The notes under the pieces were generated by a model. That model was not told the DNA's origin and did not search any database. It saw nothing but the letters and a program-made list of their open reading frames with translations. A stretch of 64,000 nt of DNA from an uncultured Verrucomicrobiae bacterium (GTDB lineage: Bacteria; Verrucomicrobiota; Verrucomicrobiia; Limisphaerales; UBA11358): contig CAVQGB010000006.1 of the NCBI GenBank assembly GCA_963711945.1, forward strand, positions 12,128 to 76,127, given 5' to 3'. Position numbers and translations under genes: made by a program. This document shows, piece after piece, positions 21,730-29,500 of the stretch. The first letter of the stretch is position 1. Each line of letters starts with the position of its first letter.

Positions 21730-22389
21730 TCAGTCAATCGCCCGTCGCGTCACCTTTGTGTGCAACTGATAATAATCATACAACGCGCCGTTCCCCACCC
21801 CAGCCACCGGATACTCCCACTGCGAAAATTGCAGCGTCATGTGGATGATGCGGTTGTTCGAGTTGTTTGTCAGAACCTTGCCCAGATAATCCTCCGCGGC
21901 GAAAACGAAATAATTGGTGATATACGGGACGTTGGTTTTCAAGCCAACCGGCGTCCCGGTGTAAAGAAGCCCGTTCGCGCTGTATGCGCCGCGGGTCATG
22001 TTGACGCTCATCAGGCTGCCGGAAGCCGTGTCCCCGAAAAAAAGCATGCCGTTGGTTGCGGTTGAGTTTGTAAAAACCATCAGGGCGTTGCCGATTTGAT
22101 TGGTGCCGTTCCCAATGGAGTTGAACGTGGTCGAGCCTTTGGTGTAAATCCCCACGTCCACCAGCTTCGCCTCGCGCACCTGGTCGCGGATTTCATTCAG
22201 GGTTTTGCGGCCGCCGGCGGTGGCGGTCAGCTTTGTGGCCGCAAGCGTATAAACCCGCAGCCCGAAAAGTTGGATGGCAACCGTCGCGCCGACGAGCATC
22301 AGAAAAATGGCCATGACGACGTAAATTTCCACCAGCGTAAAACCGGCGGTGCGCGGGCGCTTTGGAAAAGATTCAAGGACTGGTTTCAT
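21730..22389 (-). CDS. Prepilin-type (PilW-like) minor pilin
   Basis: Class III signal RTAG|FTLVEIYVVMAIF, then LNEIRDQVREA. Confidence 0.85.
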   Translation of the reverse strand: MKPVLESFPKRPRTAGFTLVEIYVVMAIFLMLVGATVAIQLFGLRVYTLAATKLTATAGGRKTLNEIRDQVREAKLVDVGIYTKGSTTFNSIGNGTNQIGNALMVFTNSTATNGMLFFGDTASGSLMSVNMTRGAYSANGLLYTGTPVGLKTNVPYITNYFVFAAEDYLGKVLTNNSNNRIIHMTLQFSQWEYPVAGVGNGALYDYYQLHTKVTRRAID

Positions 22390-22895
22390 TGGTCGGGCGC
22401 GCGATAGGTGATGACCGTGTTGGTAAAAAGGACCCCGCTGACGGGAAATCTCCAGATGCAATCCGAACGGATCATCCGCAACGGCGGGGTGACCTGGACG
22501 GTCGTGATGGTGACGAGGTTCGTGGCATAAAACGGCGCTCCCGTGGCCGGGATGTCCATCGCGTAATTCGACCCGGAATATTTGGTGCTCCACGTGGCGC
22601 CGACGTAATTGGACACCCACAGCTGATCGGTCAGACACGAATTGGTGGGCAGGGGCCAAGTCTGTGAATTCCATTGTGCCGCGCGCACCTGCTCCATGCC
22701 TTGCGACGCCAGCGACTGCGCCGCGAGCGACATGGAACTCCATTCCGCGGCCCGGTTGGCCTGCACATAGCCGAAAATGATCCCCGCCATGACCATCGCC
22801 AGGATGGCGATGGAAACCACCACTTCGATCAGCGTGAACGCGCCGTTTGCGACGCACGCCTTGCGCTTGATGATTTGTCTCCCGTTCGCCAGCAT
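22386..22895 (-). CDS. Prepilin-type (PilV-like) minor pilin
   Basis: NGA|FTLIEVVVSIAIL, AQSLASQGMEQVRA, C-terminal TVITYRAPDQ. Confidence 0.85.
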   Translation of the reverse strand: MLANGRQIIKRKACVANGAFTLIEVVVSIAILAMVMAGIIFGYVQANRAAEWSSMSLAAQSLASQGMEQVRAAQWNSQTWPLPTNSCLTDQLWVSNYVGATWSTKYSGSNYAMDIPATGAPFYATNLVTITTVQVTPPLRMIRSDCIWRFPVSGVLFTNTVITYRAPDQ

Positions 22896-23012
22896 ATAAA
22901 TTGGTATCAGAGCTTCAGTCCACTTGCCACAAACTCCAGCGTCAGCAGCAGGCAACATGCCACCCTTGCATGCTGGAATCCATGTCCTGAAAACCAAAAC
23001 ACAGTTTATTCG

Positions 23013-23029
23013 AGCAAGCTCCGCGCCAA
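23013..23029 (-). promoter_or_regulatory. Sigma54 (-24/-12) promoter of the minor pilin operon
   Basis: Minus strand TTGGCGC-GGAGC-TTGCT. Confidence 0.8.
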
Positions 23030-23104
23030 TCATGGCCGTGAATAAATGGCCTTGGAAAATCCAAGAAAAACCCGGCATTCCTCCAGATGGCCACGCCTCC
23101 GGCC

Positions 23105-23148
23105 GAAACCGTGTCCCGAAAACCGCCAAAAATCTGGACAGTTGCCCC
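23105..23148. promoter_or_regulatory. Putative upstream activator sequence, copy 2
   Basis: GAAACCGTGTCCCGAAAACCGCCAAAAATCTGGACAGTTGCCCC. Confidence 0.7.
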
Positions 23149-23310
23149 CCGCGTAACGCGCCACCCGCCACCCGTCCTCCGTAGCAAGACTGCGGAGGAT
23201 GGACGAGGCGGTCCAGCAGCCCCCCGGGGCGGGTGTGCTGCCCATCTCCGATCTTGGGATTGAAACAAAATTGACGCACACGGCAAATCCGCCTACGGTC
23301 ACGGCGGGTA

Positions 23311-25344
23311 ATGACACCACTCGTCAGGCTTTGGATCTGGATTTCCGCCTTCGCCAGTCTCGCGGGCTGGACGTTGTCGGCGCTGGGGCAATTGAACCGA
23401 ATTGGCTACACGGTGGCGTTCGCGGTGTTCATCGCGGGCATGGCCCTTCTTTGGCTAAAATCACGCGAGAAACATCCAACAACGAACGTCCAACGTCGAA
23501 CATCCAAAGAAGCCGCCCGGATCGAAAACAGCGGATGTTGGATGTGCGTTGTTGGATGTGCGCTGTTCCCAAAACTGAAAAGACTTCTCCGCCGGTTCCG
23601 CCGGCCGTTGCCGCTCGGTTTCGCGGCGCTCGCCGTTTTGATTTTCATCGGCGGCGCGGTTTATCCCCCGGACAATTACACCGGACTGACCTACCGCGCC
23701 GGACGCGTGTTGCAGTGGCTTTCGCACGGCGGATGGTTCTGGATCAACACGGCCGATTTCCGGATGAACGACCGCGCCTGCGGCATTGAATGGTTGTCCG
23801 CGCCGGTGTTGCTGTTCACGCACTCCACGCGCGGATTGTTCCTGATAAATTATCTGCCTTTCCTGCTGCTGCCCGGCTTGATTTTCAGCGTCTTAACGGG
23901 GATGGGAGTCCGCGCGCGGGTGGCGTGGCACTGGATGTGGCTGCTGCCGACCGGCTATGTGTTCATCCTGCAGGCCGGCGGCAACGCGAATGACACGTTC
24001 CCCACGGTCTATGCGCTCGCGGCGGTGGACTTCGCCTTGCGCGCCCGGAAATCCCGTCACCTGTCACCCATTGCCTGCCGCTCGCATTTGTGGCACTCGA
24101 TGATGGCCGCCGCCCTGTTGACCGGCGCGAAGGCAACCAACCTGCCGCTGCTGCTGCCGTGGGCGATATTAATTTTCCCGCTCATCCCGCGGTTGCGCGG
24201 AAAAATGACGCTGACCGCGCTTGTCGTCCTGATCGCGGTGGCGGTTTCATTTCTGCCGACGGCGGTTTTGAACGTCCATTTTCTCGGAGACTGGTCGGGA
24301 CTGTCCATCGAACGCACCGGGATGAACATGCGGAATCCCCTCGTCGGCGTCTGGGGCAACGCCTTTCTGATACTGCTCGATAATTTCACGCCGCCGCTGT
24401 TTCCGTTCGCCGGCTGGTGGAACCAGCGCGCGATGGCCCTCCTACCCCATTTTATTGCCGCGCCGATGACCGCGAATTTCGAGCCGGGATTTTTGGGGCT
24501 GGGCGAACTGCCCACCGAGGACTGGACGGGTTTCGGTTTTGGATTGAGCGTGCTGCTGGCGGTTTCAATTGTTGCTGGTATCTTTCAACGCCGAACAACC
24601 AACATCCAACGACCAACATCCAATGAATTCACCGAACACCCGGTAAACGTTGGATGTTCGATGTTGGATGTTCGATGTTGGATGTTGCCACTGCTCCGTC
24701 TGGCCCCGTGGATTGCGCTGCTCGCCTTCTCCATGAAATCGGGCATCGTCACACCCGACCGGCTCATCGCGCCGTATTATCCGTTGCTCCTGCCGTTGCT
24801 GCTCGCCGGCGCGGGCCAGTCGCAAATCGTCCGCCGACGCTGGTGGCGGGCGCTGGCCGGCGGCGCCGTGATTCTGGCCCTGGTGGTCCTGGCGCTGTCG
24901 CCGGACCGCCCGCTTTGGCCGGCGCAAACCGTCTTGTCCCGGCTCGCCGCGCGGCATCCGGACCGGCCATTGATTTCCCGCGCGCTGAAGGTTTATGCCA
25001 TTTACGCGAAACGTTCGGATCCGCTGTCGGATGTCCGCGACCTGCTGCCCAAGGACGTCGCGGCGGTGGGTTTCATCGGCGCGGAGGATGACTGCGACAT
25101 TTCATTCTGGCTGCCGCTCGGCTCGCGGCGCGTGGAACATTTTGTGTTGAGCGACCCGCCGGAGCGTTTCCGGCAGGCGGGAATCGAATACGCCGTCGTG
25201 GGCGGGTTGAACCTGCAATTGCGCGGCACGACGCTCGACGCCTGGCTGCAAAAGACCGGCGCGCAACTCATCGCGGCCACCAACGCCACGCTGAAAGTTT
25301 CCGAAGGTCCGCAGCCATGGTTCGTCGTCCGGTTCAAACCGTGA
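23311..25344 (+). CDS. Polytopic membrane protein, possibly a GT-C-type glycosyltransferase, with in-frame repeat insertions
   Basis: 677 aa with many TM segments, PDNYTGLTYRAGRVLQWL loop, ANDTFP, GAKATNLPLL; the GT-C call is inference. Confidence 0.65.
   Translation: MTPLVRLWIWISAFASLAGWTLSALGQLNRIGYTVAFAVFIAGMALLWLKSREKHPTTNVQRRTSKEAARIENSGCWMCVVGCALFPKLKRLLRRFRRPLPLGFAALAVLIFIGGAVYPPDNYTGLTYRAGRVLQWLSHGGWFWINTADFRMNDRACGIEWLSAPVLLFTHSTRGLFLINYLPFLLLPGLIFSVLTGMGVRARVAWHWMWLLPTGYVFILQAGGNANDTFPTVYALAAVDFALRARKSRHLSPIACRSHLWHSMMAAALLTGAKATNLPLLLPWAILIFPLIPRLRGKMTLTALVVLIAVAVSFLPTAVLNVHFLGDWSGLSIERTGMNMRNPLVGVWGNAFLILLDNFTPPLFPFAGWWNQRAMALLPHFIAAPMTANFEPGFLGLGELPTEDWTGFGFGLSVLLAVSIVAGIFQRRTTNIQRPTSNEFTEHPVNVGCSMLDVRCWMLPLLRLAPWIALLAFSMKSGIVTPDRLIAPYYPLLLPLLLAGAGQSQIVRRRWWRALAGGAVILALVVLALSPDRPLWPAQTVLSRLAARHPDRPLISRALKVYAIYAKRSDPLSDVRDLLPKDVAAVGFIGAEDDCDISFWLPLGSRRVEHFVLSDPPERFRQAGIEYAVVGGLNLQLRGTTLDAWLQKTGAQLIAATNATLKVSEGPQPWFVVRFKP
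23470..23567. repeat. Heptamer-repeat inverted element (AACATCC family), in-frame in CDS
   Basis: AACATCCAACAACGAACGTCCAACGTCGAACATCCAA ... GGATGTTGGATGTGCGTTGTTGGATGT. Confidence 0.85.
24586..24687. repeat. Heptamer-repeat inverted element, in-frame in CDS
   Basis: CAACGCCGAACAACCAACATCCAACGACCAACATCCAA ... TTGGATGTTCGATGTTGGATGTTCGATGTTGGATGTTG. Confidence 0.88.
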
Positions 25345-25367
25345 GCCGGCGATGTGAATGATGCGGG

Positions 25368-26261
25368 CTACAAATCCAAACCTTCCCCTTCCACCATGCG
25401 GCGCGACGTGGTCTGGACAATCTTGAGAAACGCGTCGAGCAGCGGATTTTTACCGCCCTGCCACAACGCGCCGAATGGGACCAGATCGAATCCTTCGAGG
25501 GGCAGCAGGCGCACCTGCGGATGGAGTTTCATTTTTGGCACGCCAACGGTCACACCGATGCCGTAGCCGTTGGCGACATAGGTCTGCACGAGTTCAACCG
25601 AGCTGACTTCAATTCCGCTGAACCATTCCACTTCGAGCCGGGCCAGACCCGCTTGGAACGCGCGGCTGATGAATTCGTTGCTCGGCACCGTGATGAGCGA
25701 TTCGCCGATGGGATCGCGCTGCCAGAGTTCCTGCGCGGATTTGAGTTTGCTTTTCTTCGGCAGAAGCAGCACGAGCGGCAGCTTGAACAAGGACAGCGAT
25801 TGCACGCCCGAGGGCGGTTTGGAGCCGATCAGGCCGAGGGACACGTCAATTTCCCGCCGCTGAAGCCAGGCGACAATTTCCGGATGATACCCTTCGCGCA
25901 AGGTCACTTTTAGTTTCGGAAACTTCTGCCGCAGTTCCTGCAACATGGCGGGCAGATGCTCGCGCAGCACCGTTTCCGACGCGGCAATGCGCAGGTGCTG
26001 GGAGACGCCGCCGCGGAGTTTTTCGGCCACGGAGTCCAGATCATCAAAAAACGGCTTGATGAAATCGTAAAGTTCCCGGCCGGCCGGCGTCAAAGCGAAC
26101 GGCCTGCGGTGGAACAGCGGCACGCCCAGGAATTCCTCGAGTTGCGCCATCTGGGAGCTGACCGCCGGCTGCTGGATGCCGTAGGGGATGTTGTGGACTG
26201 CCGGCATGATGCCGCCGTGTTTGGCGACGTAATAGAACAGTTCCAGATGGTGGATATTCAT
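25368..26261 (-). CDS. LysR family transcriptional regulator
   Basis: MNIHHLELFYYVAKHG...QPAVSSQMAQLEEFLGVPLFHR HTH plus substrate-binding domain; divergent from the activase gene. Confidence 0.93.
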   Translation of the reverse strand: MNIHHLELFYYVAKHGGIMPAVHNIPYGIQQPAVSSQMAQLEEFLGVPLFHRRPFALTPAGRELYDFIKPFFDDLDSVAEKLRGGVSQHLRIAASETVLREHLPAMLQELRQKFPKLKVTLREGYHPEIVAWLQRREIDVSLGLIGSKPPSGVQSLSLFKLPLVLLLPKKSKLKSAQELWQRDPIGESLITVPSNEFISRAFQAGLARLEVEWFSGIEVSSVELVQTYVANGYGIGVTVGVPKMKLHPQVRLLPLEGFDLVPFGALWQGGKNPLLDAFLKIVQTTSRRMVEGEGLDL

Positions 26262-26560
26262 TGGTTTAAGTGATGTTGCCGCCAGTATTATCAATTAACC
26301 TTTTTCGGGCAAGACGCGTTATAACTGCGCCCGACCGAAGAACGGCCGCAACAAAGTCAAATCTCATGAAACCGGCCGGCCTCGAAAAAATGCCGGCAAT
26401 TCGGAGCGATCGCCGGCGGCCATGCCGGCGGGCAAAAGATCCGCGACGGGGTTGATGACGCGCGGCGCGGTTTCTTCCGGCCTGGTGTTGAATTTTCGGG
26501 CGGATTGCCGGACAATATGAATTGTCTTGGCAAAATTGTAATGAAAACATTCATAATCTT

Positions 26561-29500
26561 ATGAAAACCAATGGACACGGCGGCCAGACCCTTTTTCCAG
26601 AAACGTTGACGACGCCGCGCCGTCTTGCGCCGCGGCGTTTCGTGGGAATTGATGCCGGAGCGGAAACGGTGAAGCTGGTTGAGCTGCTGCGCGACGCGGA
26701 CGGCCTGCGCATCGAACGCACGGAAATCCTGGAGCACGGCAAAAATCCGGGACGGGTCGTGCCGGAAACGTTGGAAGCCTGGGATTGGCCTGATGTCGCC
26801 GGGGCCGCCGTCAGCGGGCGGTTTTCCCCGCAAATCAACCTGCGCCGCATTCCCGCCAAGCAGGCGCAATGGCGCGGCTACCAGTTCCTGTTCGGCAACA
26901 TGCCGGCCACCATCGTCAACATCGGCAGCCACGGCTTCACGGTTTTGGAAGTGCGCGACAGCGGGGCGACGGTCTTTCGCGAAAACAGCCGGTGCTCGCA
27001 AGGCACGGGCAATTTTCTCCGGCAACTCGTCGAGCGATTTTCGCTGTCCGTCGAGGAAGCCAGCGCGCTCTGCGCCGACGTGCCCAATCCCGCGCCGCTG
27101 TCCGGCCGCTGCCCGGTGATTCTCAAGACCGATATGACGCATCTCGCCAACAAGGGGGAGGACCGCGCCCGCATTTTGGCCGGGCTTTTCGATGCCGTCT
27201 GCGAAAACGTGCTGGTGCTCGTCAAACCCGGCGTCAGCCCGCCGCGAGTGCTGCTCACCGGGGGCGTCAGCCGGTCGCCGCGCGTCCGCCGCGTCTTCGG
27301 CGAACTGCTCGCCAGGCAAAACATGAGCCTGATGGCCGCCGATGAAGAAAAAGCGCTCTGCCTCGAAGCGCTCGGTTGCGCGCTGATTGCCGCGGAAACG
27401 CCGGCTGAATATTTCAATGGCCGCCCGGATGGCAATCAGGTTTTGGACTGCGGCAACAGGTTGCCGCTTTCCTCGATGCAACATGTCGCGTCGAACCAAA
27501 GCGCGGACATGTCCGCGCACTCCAAAGTTACCAACGGAAATCTGCCTTCGCTTGAAAATTTATTGCGCCCGCCGCGTGAATTGAAACTGGAGCGTTTGCC
27601 CGCGCTGGCCGAAGCGCTGGCCAAAGTCCGCCGGATGCCGGCGCAGCCGTGGGCCGCCGTCAACGGCGAATTCCGGCGGCTCGTCGTCGGCTTCGACATC
27701 GGCTCCACCGGCTCGAAGCTTGTGGCGATGGACGCGGCCACCCGCGAAACCGTCTGGGACGCCTACGGCCAGACGCTCGGCAACCCCGTCGGCGCCGCGC
27801 AGGAATTGCTCCGCCGGTTCACCGAAAGCCCCGCCGCCAAATATCCGGTCGTCGCGTTTGGCGCGACGGGCAGCGGACGCGAAATCACCGGCTCGCTGCT
27901 GAACTCCTGTTATGGCAAGGACGCGGTTTTCGTCGTCAATGAAATCGTCGCCCACGCCACCGGCGCGCTGCATTACGATTCGCGCGTGGACACGATTTTT
28001 GAAATCGGCGGGCAGGACGCGAAATACATCCGGCTGGCGGATGGGCGCATCATTGACTGCGCGATGAACGAGGCATGCAGCGCCGGCACCGGCTCGTTCA
28101 TCGAGGAGCAGGGCCGCAAATTCACCGGCATCGGCGATGCGCGCCAGCTCGGCCTGGCGGCGATGGCCGCGCCGTGCGGCGTGTCGCTGGGACAACATTG
28201 CTCCGTGTTCATGGCCGAGGTGATTGACGAAGCGGTGTCCGCCGGCGTCGAGCAACCGGCCATCATTTCCGGCCTTTACGATTCCATCATCAAAAATTAC
28301 CTGAACCGTGTGAAGGGCAACCGCTCCGTGGGAAAAGTGATTTTCTGCCAGGGCATGCCGTTCTCGGCGGACGCGCTGGCAACCGCCGTGGCCCGGCAAA
28401 CCGGCAGCCAGGTCATCGTGCCGCCCAATCCCGGCACCGTGGGCGCGATGGGCATCGCGCTGCTCGCGGCGCGGGAACTGGATGTTGCGCGGGGAGCGCA
28501 CGCGCCCTCGCGTGCCCTCGATCGCGCCCTCGCGGTCGGGGGTGACGCGCGCCAACGCGCGTCGTCCACGCGCGCGGAGGCGCGCGCGGGCGCGGTTGAC
28601 GCGGCGTCAACCGCCACAGCCGAGGCGGCCGTGCTCCCTGCACGCGAGGCGCGTGCGCTCCCCATGCCACTGCCGCCTCTAGACCTCTCGCGATTTCTCG
28701 ACGCCAAGATCGAGCAGAAAGACACGTTTGTCTGCGGGTCGAACCGCGGTTGCGGCGGCGCGGGCAATCATTGCCGCATCGAACGGCTCCGCACGCTCGT
28801 CAACAGCCAGCGCTCGAACTTCACCTGGGGCGGCGGCTGTTCCCTGCACGACAAAGGCACGCGAAAGAAGAAGCTTCCCGATCTTGCGCCCGACCCTTTC
28901 CGCGAGCGCGAGGAACTGGTGAAGAAAATTCTGGCCGGCCTTTCGGAATCGTCCTCGTCCTCGTCCTCGTCCTCGAACGACGAAGCAAATCGAGGACGAG
29001 GACGAGAAGGAGGAGGAAATGCCGCCCGACGAACCGTCGCACTGTCTGACGAGTTCGTGCTCAAAGGATTGTTTCCATTCTTCGCGGCGTTTTTCCGCCA
29101 CGCCGGTTTCGATCTGGAAATCCTCACCGGCGCCGGGCCGGACCTTCTCAAACGCGGCATCCAGCTCGCGAACGCGCCGTTCTGCGCGCCGATGCAGCTC
29201 TATCATGGCGTGGCGGAAAAGCTGGTTGCGAGCAAGGCCGGCTGGCTGTTCGTGCCGATGCTGCGGAGCGTTCCCCGCGCGTCAAACCAGCGTTGTTCCG
29301 TGGTGTGCCCGATTGCGCAAGGCAGTCCGAATCTGCTGGCAAGCGTCCTACATCGTGATGGTAGGGACGCGCTGCCGCGCGTCCGAGACGACCAGCAGGT
29401 CGTCCCTACCAACGCTGGGCGATCGCCACAGTTCCTTTCGCCCGTTATGGATTGCGAGGATGGCGGCCTCGAATCAAAGGAATTTCTGGCAAGTTGCGGG

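Noticed and set aside
22896-23300. Riboswitch (e.g. c-di-GMP) upstream of the pilin operon
   Set aside because: No recognisable aptamer consensus, and the conserved motif lies upstream of the sigma54 promoter, so it would not be transcribed. An Rfam/Infernal scan was not run.
26535-26556. ATGAAAACATTCAT palindrome as a LysR operator
   Set aside because: Short, AT-rich and single-copy, so too weak to call without comparative data.
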